Source: an uncultured Verrucomicrobiae bacterium (lineage in GTDB: Bacteria; Verrucomicrobiota; Verrucomicrobiia; Chthoniobacterales; Chthoniobacteraceae). Taken from it: DNA of 64,000 nt. The stretch lies in NCBI GenBank assembly GCA_963769025.1, contig CAVYKI010000006.1:480001-544000 (forward strand), read 5' to 3'. Shown piece after piece: positions 9,592 to 19,827 of this stretch (positions are counted from its first letter, which is position 1; each line of letters opens with the position of its first letter). The notes under the pieces were generated by a model. That model saw only the letters and a list, made by a program, of their open reading frames with translations. It was not told the origin of the DNA and searched no databases. Position numbers and translations under genes: made by a program.

Positions 9592-10194
9592 TTAGAAATC
9601 CAATTCCAACCGCGTGCTGCGCAAGCGCTCGGTCTGCATGATTGCCCGGAAATTTTCAAAGTCCTGCATGGGAGTACCGCTGAGCATTGTGTAGCGGTAG
9701 TTCCTCCATTCGGCCATCTCTGATTTCGCATTTCGGAGACGAACGTCGAGCTGCTCGGGCGATTCCGTCGCGCGTTTCAGCAGGCGGCGGCGCAGTTCGT
9801 CCATGCTCGGCGGCATCAGGAAAATGTCCACCAGCGCCTCGCGCATCGGCCCGTCGGCATTCGCGCGGATGCGCGCGGCGCCCTGGATGTCCACGTCCAT
9901 GAGCACGTCGCGCCCGCTGTTCATGCTGTCGAGGATCGTCTGCCGGAGCGTGCCGTAGAAATTTCCATGCACCTGCGCGTGCTCGATGAATTCCCCGGAA
10001 GCGATGCGCCGCTCGAATTCCCCGACGCTGAGGAAATGATAATCCCGCCCGTCCAGTTCGCCGGGGCGCGGCGCGCGCGTCGTGCAGGAGACAGAATACA
10101 CAAAATCCGGCTCCTCGGCGAGCATCCGCAGCAGCGTGCTTTTCCCGCCGCCCGATGGTGCCGAGATGAGAAAAAGAATCCCGCGGCGTTTCAT
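9592..10194 (-). CDS. gmk: Guanylate kinase
   Basis: SAPSGGGKST, SCTTRAPRPGE, YGT, DVDIQGA; ATGA overlap with yicC. Confidence 0.96.
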   Translation of the reverse strand: MKRRGILFLISAPSGGGKSTLLRMLAEEPDFVYSVSCTTRAPRPGELDGRDYHFLSVGEFERRIASGEFIEHAQVHGNFYGTLRQTILDSMNSGRDVLMDVDIQGAARIRANADGPMREALVDIFLMPPSMDELRRRLLKRATESPEQLDVRLRNAKSEMAEWRNYRYTMLSGTPMQDFENFRAIMQTERLRSTRLELDF

Positions 10195-11066
10195 TCGATG
10201 TTCTGGATTTGCTCGCGGATCTTTTCCATCTCCGCCTTGCACGACACGACGAGCTGCGAAATCTCCACGTCGTTCGCCTTCGCGCCGAGCGTGTTGAATT
10301 CGCGGCCGATCTCCTGGCACATGAACTCCAGCGTCCGTCCGACCGGCTCGTTTTTCGCGAGGTGATGCTCGAACTGATCGAAATGGCTCGCGAGCCGCGT
10401 GAGTTCCTCCGTCACGTCGCTCTTGTCCGCGAAAATCGCGATTTCCTTCAGCAGCCGTTCATCGTCCACCGGGACTTCGATGCCCGCCCGCGCGATGCGT
10501 TCGCGCAACTGCTCGCGGTGGCGTTTCACGACGTCCGGTTGCAGCTTGCGGACCTTCTTCACCGCATCGCGCACAAGCTTCAGCCGCTTGCGAAGATCGG
10601 CGGCAAGATGCTTCCCCTCGCGCTCGCGCATTATCAGGAGATCGGCGAGCGCATCGCGCAGCGCGGATTCGACGTGCGGCCACGAGGTGTCGGGTGCGAG
10701 CTGTTCCTCCGGCGCCTTGAGCACACCCGGCGCACGGAGCACGGTTTCGATGCTGATCTCCCCGGCGGCCCCGAGCTCCTTCTGGAGGTCGCGCATCGCG
10801 TCGTAGTACGTCCGCGCGAGCTGATGATCGAGCGCGAGGTTCTGTGGCGTGCTCGCTCCGGCGTGAAATGCGATGACCACCGTGAGACGCCCGCGGGTTA
10901 TCTCCGCGTTGATCGCGTCACGCACGCGCGGCTCGAGTTCGGCAAGTTCGCGCGGCAGGCTCACGACCACGTCGCTCTGCTTCCGGTTCACGGAGTTCAG
11001 CTCGACGCTGAACTTCGCGCCATCGTGGACGCTTTGTCCGCGGCCGTATCCGGTCATGCTTCTCAT
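10191..11066 (-). CDS. yicC: YicC/YloC family endoribonuclease
   Basis: MRSMTGYGR, DVTEELTRL, QEIGREFNTLGAK, KIREQIQNIE; classic yicC-gmk synteny. Confidence 0.95.
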   Translation of the reverse strand: MRSMTGYGRGQSVHDGAKFSVELNSVNRKQSDVVVSLPRELAELEPRVRDAINAEITRGRLTVVIAFHAGASTPQNLALDHQLARTYYDAMRDLQKELGAAGEISIETVLRAPGVLKAPEEQLAPDTSWPHVESALRDALADLLIMREREGKHLAADLRKRLKLVRDAVKKVRKLQPDVVKRHREQLRERIARAGIEVPVDDERLLKEIAIFADKSDVTEELTRLASHFDQFEHHLAKNEPVGRTLEFMCQEIGREFNTLGAKANDVEISQLVVSCKAEMEKIREQIQNIE

Positions 11067-11111
11067 TGCGCAGATAGCTACGGAGATGCCGCGCAGCCTG
11101 CGAGAGGAAAG

Positions 11112-11837
11112 TCACTCGCTTGCCGCCGGTTCCTGTTTCGCGATCGCCGCCTTGCTGAATGCGCGTTCACCCGCGAGCCAGCGTTCCTGCGCGGCCGGAT
11201 CGCCGAGCGCCTCCGCGAGCGCGCTGCCGAGGTCGTACACGGTCTTGTCGAGCCCCGCTTCGAGAAATGCGAAGGACGTCCCGTCGCTCGCAACCGTCAT
11301 CGCAAGCTTGGACTCCGCGTGCGAGCCGCCCTTTGCCGTGAGGTCGTCGGGATTTTGAAATGCCCGCTCGCAGATGCGCACATCCGTCGAGTGCCCGATG
11401 CGGCACACGCCTGGCCGCGCGGGATGTGCGCTGCAACTCATGTCGCGGAGCAGGGGACATGGGCGTACGGTGCGAAGATGCTGATCGAGAGTGAGCGGGG
11501 AGACCGCGGCTGCGTGCGCCCGTGCGCGTTCGAGGACGGCATCTTGCTCCCCGGCGGTGAAATTTTGCCGAATCCAATCGGCGAGTGCGAAAACCTCGTG
11601 TGCCCGCGCGTCAATTTTTCCGAGGTGGCAGCACGTCCCGCAGCCGGCCTTGCAATCCACCCGCACGCGATGCGCGGTGAAGAGCTTCGTTTCGAGTTGG
11701 TTCAGCCGTTCGTGTGCGTGCAGCGTTGCTGCGTGCACATCCTGCGCGGTTTTCGCGGTGGCGAGCTCCTCTGCCGCCGCGTCACGGAACGAGGTCGCAA
11801 GTTGCAGGAGTTCTTCGCGGGTCGTGAAAGGCGGCAT
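11112..11837 (-). CDS. YkgJ family cysteine-cluster (Fe-S/Zn) protein
   Basis: CKAGCGTCC, CPLL, CSAHPARPGVC motifs; start MPPFTT. Confidence 0.8.
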   Translation of the reverse strand: MPPFTTREELLQLATSFRDAAAEELATAKTAQDVHAATLHAHERLNQLETKLFTAHRVRVDCKAGCGTCCHLGKIDARAHEVFALADWIRQNFTAGEQDAVLERARAHAAAVSPLTLDQHLRTVRPCPLLRDMSCSAHPARPGVCRIGHSTDVRICERAFQNPDDLTAKGGSHAESKLAMTVASDGTSFAFLEAGLDKTVYDLGSALAEALGDPAAQERWLAGERAFSKAAIAKQEPAASE

Positions 11838-12017
11838 GACGGTCGCGCAGCGTATCAGAACGAAAGAAAATCTCGCGTGGGAAATTGGGGGCGCGAACAC
11901 GTCCCGTCTCGCGTATGCGGAGAGCCGACGTTCATATCCACGGCTTTTGCGAGCGTTGCTGCACGGGCGGAGAGCGGCCTTGTCCACCGCGATGTCGGTG
12001 CTAGGTTTCGCCCGCTC

Positions 12018-13262
12018 ATGACCCTCCGGTATTCCACCGCCCTGCCGGGCATCCTGTTCGCTTCGCTCGCGTGCGCCGAGCCGAGCTACAAGAATTTCGA
12101 CGAGCCTCCGCACAATTACCACACGGCGCCGCTGAAGGATCGCTTCACGAAGCTGAAGGCCGACATCGAATCGCGCCGCATCCCGCTGGATCACAGCAGC
12201 GAGAAGGCGTTCGTCATCAGCCTGCTGAAGGCGCTCGATATTCCCGCGTCGTCGCAGATGCTCGTGTTCTCGACGACGAGCCTCCAGCTCCGGTTCATCA
12301 CGCCGCGCAATCCCCGGGCGATCTACTTCAACGACGGCCTCTACGTCGGCTACATCCCCGGTGCGAAGATCGAGATTCTTTCGATGGATCCGGAACTCGG
12401 CGCGATTTTCTACATGTTCGACATCCCGCATGACTCGCGGCCGATCACCGTAGAGCGCTCCGAGCGCTGCGTGAACTGCCACACGAGGGAGGATACGGGC
12501 TTCGTGCCTGGGATCGTGATCAAATCGGTGATTCCAGGCCCGACGGGCGGCAGCCTGAAAACCTTTCGCTCGGAGGTGACGGGCCACGGCATTCCGTTCT
12601 CGGAGCGTTTCGGCGGGTGGTATGTGACGGGCGACCGGGGCATCGCGCAGGAGTGGGGGAATGTGATCGGCCGCTTCTCAGGCGATGACATTTCTAAGAC
12701 CGTCATCCGTCCGGGGGACCTGTTTGATTTTGCAAGGTATCCCGTCGCCACGAGCGATATCCTTCCGCAGCTCGTGCACGAGCATCAGGCCGGGTTCGCG
12801 AACCGTGTGCTTCAGGCCTCCTACCGCGCGCGCACGGCATTCTACCTCGACAAGGGCAATCTCAGCGCCGCCCATTACGCGGAGCTGGATGAGCAGGCGC
12901 GCAGCCTCGTCCGCTACCTCCTCTTCGCAGATGAAGTGCCGCTCCCTGCGGGCGGTCTGGAGGGAGACGCGGCGTTCAAGGCCGACTTCGTGAAGGCCGG
13001 TCGCGTGGCACCAGGTGGTGCGACGCTGCGGGATTTCGATCTGCGCACGCGGCTCTTCCGGCATCGCTGCAGCTACATGATCTACAGCCCCGAGTTCCAG
13101 GGCCTGCCGCCAAAGATGAAGCAGCAGATCTACATTCGCCTCCGCGAGGCGCTCAGCGTCGAGAAGCCGGCGAAGGAGTATGCCTACCTGCCCGCCGCGG
13201 AGAAGCAGGCCATCCGCACGATCCTCAAAGGAACGCTGACTGATCTCCCTGCCGGTTGGTGA
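12018..13262 (+). CDS. Exported hypothetical protein with one CxxCH heme-binding motif
   Basis: Signal peptide MTLRYSTALPGILFASLACA; CVNCH; upstream part of the 1017-aa ORF is antisense shadow. Confidence 0.8.
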   Translation: MTLRYSTALPGILFASLACAEPSYKNFDEPPHNYHTAPLKDRFTKLKADIESRRIPLDHSSEKAFVISLLKALDIPASSQMLVFSTTSLQLRFITPRNPRAIYFNDGLYVGYIPGAKIEILSMDPELGAIFYMFDIPHDSRPITVERSERCVNCHTREDTGFVPGIVIKSVIPGPTGGSLKTFRSEVTGHGIPFSERFGGWYVTGDRGIAQEWGNVIGRFSGDDISKTVIRPGDLFDFARYPVATSDILPQLVHEHQAGFANRVLQASYRARTAFYLDKGNLSAAHYAELDEQARSLVRYLLFADEVPLPAGGLEGDAAFKADFVKAGRVAPGGATLRDFDLRTRLFRHRCSYMIYSPEFQGLPPKMKQQIYIRLREALSVEKPAKEYAYLPAAEKQAIRTILKGTLTDLPAGW

Positions 13263-13276
13263 GGATTTCGGTACGC

Positions 13277-13312
13277 AAAACGGGCGCCTCCCGCAGTGCG
13301 AGAGACGCCCGT
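13277..13312 (-). terminator. Rho-independent terminator after the rhodanese gene (between convergent genes)
   Basis: Minus strand ACGGGCGTCTCTCGC-ACT-GCGGGAGGCGCCCGT followed by TTT. Confidence 0.7.
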
Positions 13313-13332
13313 GAATTGGCGAGCCGTGGCGC

Positions 13333-13719
13333 TTACTTCGCGGCTTCGAGCGGCGCGTTCGCGGCCTTCCAGCCGGAGATGCCGGCGGACAGGTGCTTCA
13401 CGTTCGTGTAGCCGAGTTCCTTCGCGGCCTTGGCGGCGGCGGAGTAGGCGTTGCAGGTCGGGCCGCCGCAGTAGGCGACGACGAGCGTGCTCTTATCGGC
13501 GGGCAGGAGCTTGGCGAGTTCCGCCTTCTGGGCACGGAAGTCGATCGCTCCGGGGATGTGGCCGGCTTTGTAGGAGGCCGAGCCATTCACATCGAGGACG
13601 GCGACTTTTTTTTCCGTGATGGCGGATTTCAGCTCAGCGACGCTGATGTCCGGGAATTCACCGGCTTGTGCGCTGACGGCGATGAATGCAGTGGCGAGGA
13701 GTGCGAGGAGTTTCTTCAT
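13333..13719 (-). CDS. Exported rhodanese-like domain protein
   Basis: Signal peptide MKKLLALL...AQA; GHIPGA, YCGGPTC, LSAGISGW. Confidence 0.9.
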   Translation of the reverse strand: MKKLLALLATAFIAVSAQAGEFPDISVAELKSAITEKKVAVLDVNGSASYKAGHIPGAIDFRAQKAELAKLLPADKSTLVVAYCGGPTCNAYSAAAKAAKELGYTNVKHLSAGISGWKAANAPLEAAK

Positions 13720-13924
13720 GTTGGTTTGTTTTTGTTGGTTCTGTTTTTTGGGATTGCCCCGTTGGAGGGGCAAAGTGGTGAGGGGATTCCTGCCGCGGAA
13801 GCGGTAAGCATCAAAGAGCGTAAATGCGCGGAAGTTGCGAATCTTTGATCGGTTTTTTTGTTCGTGGCACCGTAGGAAGGAAACGTCCGCGCGGCGATTC
13901 CGGATGCATGCGGTCGGCCCTTTG

Positions 13925-14497
13925 TTACTTCAGCCGCGAGATTTCGCGATGGCGGAAGCAGCACGTGAGATGGTCGTTCACCATGCCCGTGGCCTGCATG
14001 AACGCGTAGCAGATTGTCGAGCCGACGAACTTGAATCCGCGCCGCAGCAGTTCCTTGCTTATCGCGTCGGACTCCGCGGTGCGCGCAGGCACGTCCTTCA
14101 TGCTGCGCCGGCGGTTCTGGATTGGCTGGTGATCCACAAAGCTCCACAGGAGCGCGTCGAGGCTGCCGAGTTCTTCGACCACGGTGATGCAGGCCTTCGC
14201 ATTCTGGATGGTCGCGGCAATTTTCAGCCGGTTGCGCACGATGCCGGGATTCGCGAGCAGTTCCGCGGTCTTGCGCGGCGTGTAGCGGGCGATGCGTTCC
14301 ACGTCGAATCCGTCGAACGCCGCCCGGTAGTTCTCGCGCTTCGCGAGGATCGTGGACCAGCTCAGCCCCGCCTGCGCGCCTTCGAGGATGAGCATCTCGA
14401 AAAGATGCCGGTCGTCGTGGACAGGCACGCCCCACTCGGTGTCGTGGTAGGTGATGTCGAGCGGCTTCGTCGGCCAGGGGCAGCGGAGGGGTTCCAT
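13925..14497 (-). CDS. tag: DNA-3-methyladenine glycosylase I
   Basis: RCPW, YHDTEWG, LEGAQAGLSW, FMQATGMVNDH motifs. Confidence 0.96.
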   Translation of the reverse strand: MEPLRCPWPTKPLDITYHDTEWGVPVHDDRHLFEMLILEGAQAGLSWSTILAKRENYRAAFDGFDVERIARYTPRKTAELLANPGIVRNRLKIAATIQNAKACITVVEELGSLDALLWSFVDHQPIQNRRRSMKDVPARTAESDAISKELLRRGFKFVGSTICYAFMQATGMVNDHLTCCFRHREISRLK

Positions 14498-14573
14498 GGT
14501 GGTGTGCTGAAAGGGAAAGCGCCCGGATTGCTCCGGGCGCTTTGAATTTTCAAAGCAAGAATCGGGGCCTCGT

Positions 14574-15989
14574 TTACACGTACCATTCCTGCCAGACCTT
14601 CCCCTTCTTCAATCCAGGCGTCGGCACGGGATATTTGCCGTCCTTGTCGGAGAGCAGCGGCGGCGGGCTGTCCATCGTGAGCTTGTCCGCATCCGGGCAA
14701 TACTCGTGCTCATGGTTCAGCATCTCGTCGAAGGTGACCTCTTGGCCGGTGTGCGCGGCCATGCGGCCCATCGAGGTCACGACGCTGGCTTCGACGCCGT
14801 ATTTGACTTCGTTGAACGGCTTGTCGCTGCGGATCGCGTCGATGAGATCGGTCCACTCGTTGAAGTGCGACTCCATCTCGTGCTTTGCCACGTCGGACTG
14901 CCAGATCTGGTTGCTCTTGCTCGGCAGTCTGTCCCTTGTACGTGCTCGAAGGCAGCCCGGTGTCCCCGCTCTTCGCGGCGATGGCCATGCCCTTTGTGCC
15001 GTGCACGTAGCTGGAGTAGATGCTGGTGCGCGCCGATCATGCAGCGGCCATCCATGTAGAGTTTCGCGCCGTCCTCGAAGGTGTATTCGACCGCGTAGCT
15101 GTCGAAATTCTGATCCACGTAGTTGTCGCGGTAGTGGCGTCCGCCGAGCGCCTGCGCCTTCACGGGCCAGGCGTTTTTCATCCAGCTCAGGTGATCGATG
15201 TGGTGGATGTAGAAGTCGCTGAAGCAGCCGCCGCTCGCCCAGATGAAGCTGTGGAAACGCGAAAGCTGCCACTGCAATTCCGTCGGCTTGCCGGGCAGGT
15301 TGTTGTCGGGGCCGGGATATTTTTCCGAGAATGCCGAGCCGATCGGCGGCTGACATGCGGTAGCCGCGCATGAGCATGATGTCGCCGATTTCGCCGTCCT
15401 GCACCCGCTTGTGAAGCTCCTGGAGCGCGCGGCTGTGGCGGCTGTTCAGCCCGACGCCGACCTTCAGGCCCTTCTTCAGCGCCTCCTCGTTCAGCTTCAG
15501 CATCAGGCGCGACTTCGGGCCGTCCGCCGTCACGGGCTTTTCCATGAAAATGTTCACGCCCTTTTCAACCGCATACGCGAAGTGCGCCGCGCGGAACGCC
15601 ATCGGCGTCGTGAAGATCGCGACGTCGCCCTTTTTCAGGCAGTCGATCGCCTTCTTGTAGCCGTCGAAGCCGATGAACTTCTGGTCCTCCGGCACCTTCA
15701 CCTGCGTGGCCAGGTTCCTCTTCAGCGAGTCGTGGCTGCCTTGCAGGCGGTGCTGGAAGATGTCCGCCATCGCGACGAGATTGATCGGCGGGCCGGTCTG
15801 ATCCATTGCGTTCTTCGCCGCACCGGTGCCGCGTCCGCCGCAGCCGACGAGCGCGATATTGATCGTCTCGCTGCTCGCGGCATGCACGAACGGGATGCTG
15901 ACGCCCGCGAGCGCCGAAACCGCGGCGATCTGGCCGGAAGTCTTCAGAAATTCACGACGGGTGGAGAGAGGAGGCTGGGAGTTGTTCAT
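14574..15989 (-). CDS. Tat-exported Gfo/Idh/MocA oxidoreductase, with three apparent +1 frameshifts (~15353, ~15029, ~14928)
   Basis: STRREFLK Tat signal, VGCGGRG, EKPV; middle section (WQLSRFHSFIWASGG...IHHID) lies in other frames and the reading returns to the original frame. Confidence 0.85.
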   Translation of the reverse strand: MNNSQPPLSTRREFLKTSGQIAAVSALAGVSIPFVHAASSETINIALVGCGGRGTGAAKNAMDQTGPPINLVAMADIFQHRLQGSHDSLKRNLATQVKVPEDQKFIGFDGYKKAIDCLKKGDVAIFTTPMAFRAAHFAYAVEKGVNIFMEKPVTADGPKSRLMLKLNEEALKKGLKVGVGLNSRHSRALQELHKRVQDGEIGDIMLMRGYRMSAADRLGILGKISRPRQQPARQADGIAVAAFAFPQLHLGERRLLQRLLHPPHRSPELDEKRLAREGAGARRTPLPRQLRGSEFRQLRGRIHLRGRRETLHGWPLHDRRAPASTPATCTAQRAWPSPRRAGTPGCLRARTRDRLPSKSNQIWQSDVAKHEMESHFNEWTDLIDAIRSDKPFNEVKYGVEASVVTSMGRMAAHTGQEVTFDEMLNHEHEYCPDADKLTMDSPPPLLSDKDGKYPVPTPGLKKGKVWQEWYV

Positions 15990-16272
15990 GCCTGAGAGTC
16001 GGGTTGCGATTCGCCTCGTGTCAATCGCCGTGCTGCGGGAGACAGTTTTTTCATGCGAGCGGCCGGCTTTTTTCTAACAAGAAGCGACCTTCCGGGTCTT
16101 ACTCATTGTTCTGGGGGGAACATCGGGGCCGTCGGAAGCGTCTTAGGATACCGGCGGCCCCGAACATTTCGCCGCGATCCTCAAATGCGGCAGCCCTGAA
16201 TGTCCCGTGGTTTCCGGCGCGGCGTCCCGCAGGCATCGTTGGACTTCCTTCCGTTGCCGGAGAAAATACAGC

Positions 16273-16986
16273 ATGTCTCGCTTTTGGCTGCTGCTCCTTT
16301 GCCTCAGCTTGCTGGCTTGCAAGCCGGAGACTCCCCTGCGTGCGGCGGACGCCGTGGAGCGGGAGGCAATGGTCCAGACGCAGATCGCGGCGCGCAAGGT
16401 CAAGGATGCGCGGGTGCTCGCGGCGATGCGTTCGGTCCCACGGCATGAGTTTGTGCCCGCGGAGCTGCGCGCCTACGCGTATGAAGATCGCCCGCTGCCG
16501 ATCGGCTACGACCAGACGATCTCGCAACCGTACATCGTGGCTTTCATGACGGCGCAGCTCGCGCCGAAACCGGCGGATCGGGTGCTCGAGATCGGCACGG
16601 GCTCGGGTTATCAGGCGGCGGTGATGGCGAAGCTGGTGGCGCAGGTCTTCACAATCGAGATCGTGGAGCCGCTGGCAAAGCGCGCCGGCGCTGATCTGGC
16701 CCGGCTAGGTTTTAAAAACGTGCACGTCCGTGCTGGCGATGGCTACAAAGGCTGGCCGGAGGAGGCGCCATTCGACTCGATCATCGTGACCTGCGCTCCC
16801 GACCACGTGCCGGAGCCGCTCGTGCGCCAGCTCAAGGACGGCGGCCGGATGATCATCCCGGTCGGCGAATTTGGCAGGCAGCAGCTTTACGTGCTCGAAA
16901 AGCGCGCCGGCAAAGTCGAGCAGCGCGCGGTGTTGCCGGTCATGTTCGTGCCGATGACGGGGAAGGCGCGGGAGGACGGCAAATGA
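16273..16986 (+). CDS. pcm: Protein-L-isoaspartate O-methyltransferase
   Basis: VPRHEF, QTISQP, LEIGTGSGYQAA, GDGYKGWPEEAPFD. Confidence 0.95.
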   Translation: MSRFWLLLLCLSLLACKPETPLRAADAVEREAMVQTQIAARKVKDARVLAAMRSVPRHEFVPAELRAYAYEDRPLPIGYDQTISQPYIVAFMTAQLAPKPADRVLEIGTGSGYQAAVMAKLVAQVFTIEIVEPLAKRAGADLARLGFKNVHVRAGDGYKGWPEEAPFDSIIVTCAPDHVPEPLVRQLKDGGRMIIPVGEFGRQQLYVLEKRAGKVEQRAVLPVMFVPMTGKAREDGK

Positions 16987-17020
16987 GGGACTTCACGACG
17001 CGGGATTCCGCTGAAACGCC

Positions 17021-18656
17021 TCAGACGTGCTTCGACATCCGCTCGGCGAGGCGGCCCAAGGCGGCGGAGTGATCGAGCGGGTCGAGTCGCACGTCGAGCA
17101 GGCAGTAGCTTTCCGTGTGCTTCGCCGCTGCAACCAGCGCGGCATCGAGCTGCGCTTCCGTCTCGACGAGGAATGCGCGGCCGGCACCGAGCAACTCGGG
17201 CAGCTTGTGGTAATTCCACACGAGCACGTCGTTGAACGGGCCTTCGTGGATGTGCCGCTCGGTGCCGTAGCCGGCGTTGTTGAGCACGATCACCACGGGG
17301 TTCAGTTTCTGAGCGCACGATCGACGAGAGCTCCATGCCGGTCATCTGGAACGCGCCGTCGCCCACGAGCACCAGCGGCCGCAGTTCTGGCCGCGCCATC
17401 TGCGCACCGAGCGCCGCCGGTACCGCAAAACCCATCGAGGCGTAGTAGGCCGGTCCGAGGAATTCCGTGCGCTTGTGGATGGAAAGGTCGATCGCGCCAA
17501 AGAGCGCGTTGCCGACATCGGCGATGACGATCGTGTCGTCGCCGATGAATCCGTTCAGTCGCTCGAAAAGCCGCGCAACGGTCACCGGAGCGTCAGGCTT
17601 GGGGACGAATTCCTGCGGCTGCGGCGGTGTCGGGCGCGGCCCCGTCTCGCGTTTCCGCAGATCCGCGGCGATGAGGCCGCGGAGGAAATCCTTGAAGCGC
17701 ACATTTTCGAACATGTGATGGCGGATGGAGAGCTTCTCGCTCGTCGCGTAGATGCTTTTGCCCAGGTCGAGCTGCGCGGTGTAGATGCCGAGATTGATGT
17801 CCGTCATGAAGACGCCGAGCAGGATCACGCAATCGCTGGATTCCACGTATCGCTGCACGTCCTGCCGCCCCATCGCACCTTCGTACAAACCGATGTAGAG
17901 CGGGTGCTGCTCGCTGATCACCGACTTGCCGAGAATGGTGGCCGCAACCGGGATGTTGGTTTGTTCGATGAACTTCAGGAGCTCGTTCTGCAGGCCGAAC
18001 CGGTGGATTTCCACGTCGGCTAGAACCACGGGCTGCTTCGCGGCGTTGATCATGCCCGCGGCCTCCTGCAGCGCCTCCGCGAGCGCGAGCGGTTCGCTCG
18101 CCTCGTGGATCTCCGGCGTGCGATGGTGGGCGAGCCCCGGCACGCTCACGAGGTCGCGGGGAAGTTCAAGATAGACCGGCCGCTTGTACCGCAGCGCGGC
18201 ATGAAGCACGCGGTCGATTTCTGCCATCGCGGTATTCGGATCGCTGAGCACCGCGGAAGCGACCGTGATCTGCTCGAAGACCCGCTTCTGCGTGTCGAAG
18301 TCGCGGACCTTATGGTGAAGGAGCGGATTCTTGTCGCGCTCGCTCATCCCCGGCGCACCGCTGATCACGACCACCGGCGATTTCTCCGCAAAGGCACCCG
18401 CCACGGGGTTCACAACCTTCAACCCGCCGACGCAATACGTGATGCACGCCACGCCCAGCCCGGCGACGCGCGCATATGCATCCGCGGCAAAGCCGGCGCC
18501 CTGCTCGTCGCATGTCGTCACGATTTTGATCCGGCTGGATTTGAGCTGTTCGTAAAAGCCGAGCACGTAGTCGCCCGGGATGCCGAAGACATGACGCACG
18601 CCATGTGCGTAAAGCCGTTGAATCAGATATTCGCCGATCTCGGTGCCTCGATTCAT
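17021..18656 (-). CDS. TPP-dependent alpha-keto acid decarboxylase (IpdC/PDC family), apparent +1 frameshift at ~17312
   Basis: FGIPGDY, DEQGAGFAADAYAR, LLHH, GDGAFQMT; the VLNNAGYGTE C-terminus is in ORF 17021..17296. Confidence 0.88.
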
Positions 18657-18708
18657 GCCCGACATTAACTTCGAAGCGAACGGATTGCGAATGCTAACCG
18701 CCCGGAAG

Positions 18709-19827
18709 TCAGCGGAATTTGCGTCGCGCCGGGCCGGTGTAGAGGGAGCGGGGCCGGATGAGGTGATTGTGGTCATGCTGCTCGATCACGTGGGCGCACC
18801 AGCCGGCGATCCGGGAGCAGGCAAAAATGGAGGGATTCAGCGCGGCCGGAATGCCCATCAGCCGGAACACCACCGCGGCGTACAGATCGACGTTCGCGCA
18901 GAGACCTTTCTCGCGCTGCATGACCTCTTCCAGCTTTTCGCAGACGGGCACCCATTGCGGCTCGCCGGCGCGCTCGGAGAGCTGGCGCGCGAGGTCGCGC
19001 ATCACCGGCACGCGCGAATCGCCCGTCTTGTACACCCGGTGCCCGAATCCCATGATCTTCACCTTTCGCGAAAGCCTGTCCTTCACCCACGTCTCCACGC
19101 GGCCGGCTTCGCCGATTTCTTCCAGCATTTGCATGGACTCCTCGTTGGCGCCGCCGTGGAGCGGCCCCTTCAGGGTTCCGATGCCGGTGGTCGCGGCGGA
19201 GTAAATGTCCGAGAGCGTCGAGGCAGTGACGCGCGCCGAGAAGGTCGAGGCGTTGAACTCGTGATCGGCGTAGAGGATGAGCACCGTGTCGAAAATGCGC
19301 GTCTGCCAGATTTCCGGCGGCTTGCCGGTGAGCGTGAGGAGAAAGTTGCCCGCATGCGTGCGTGTCGGATCTGACTGCACGGGGTCATGACCTTCGCGGA
19401 TCCGCCAGCCGTCGGTGATGAGCGCGGAAAGCCTCGCGATCAGCCGGACGGCCTTCCGGAGATTCGCATCGTGCGAGCCATCATTCAGCGCGGGATCGAA
19501 AGCGGCGAGCATCGAGACGCCGGTGCGCAGCACGTCCATCGGATGCGCGTCGCGCGGAAAGAGCGCGAGCATTTCCAGCACCGACTTTGGCAGCGAGCGA
19601 TTGAGCGCGAGATCGTGCGTGAAGCCCGCCAACTGCTCCGGACCGGGCAATTCCCCGTGCAGGAGCAGCCATGCTATCTCCTCAAAGCTGCTCCCGCCTG
19701 CGAGCTCGTGAATGTCGTAGCCTCGGTAGAGCAGGCCGGCGTTGGGATCCACCCAGCAGATGGCGGATTCTCCGGCGATGACCCCGGCGAGCCCGGGGCT
19801 GTAGGCGGGTTTCGTTTCGTCACTCAT
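18709..19827 (-). CDS. prpC: 2-methylcitrate synthase / citrate synthase
   Basis: DHEFNASTF, GPLHGGANE, GFGHRVYK, NVDLY; coupled to prpB and prpD. Confidence 0.88.
   Translation of the reverse strand: MSDETKPAYSPGLAGVIAGESAICWVDPNAGLLYRGYDIHELAGGSSFEEIAWLLLHGELPGPEQLAGFTHDLALNRSLPKSVLEMLALFPRDAHPMDVLRTGVSMLAAFDPALNDGSHDANLRKAVRLIARLSALITDGWRIREGHDPVQSDPTRTHAGNFLLTLTGKPPEIWQTRIFDTVLILYADHEFNASTFSARVTASTLSDIYSAATTGIGTLKGPLHGGANEESMQMLEEIGEAGRVETWVKDRLSRKVKIMGFGHRVYKTGDSRVPVMRDLARQLSERAGEPQWVPVCEKLEEVMQREKGLCANVDLYAAVVFRLMGIPAALNPSIFACSRIAGWCAHVIEQHDHNHLIRPRSLYTGPARRKFR

Noticed and set aside
10209..12017. N-terminal 600 aa of the 1017-aa ORF
   Set aside because: Antisense shadow of yicC and the YkgJ gene; the real protein starts at 12018
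13720..13755. A/C-rich tract upstream of the rhodanese gene
   Set aside because: Looks like an ordinary unstructured, SD-less translation initiation region, not a repeat or gene
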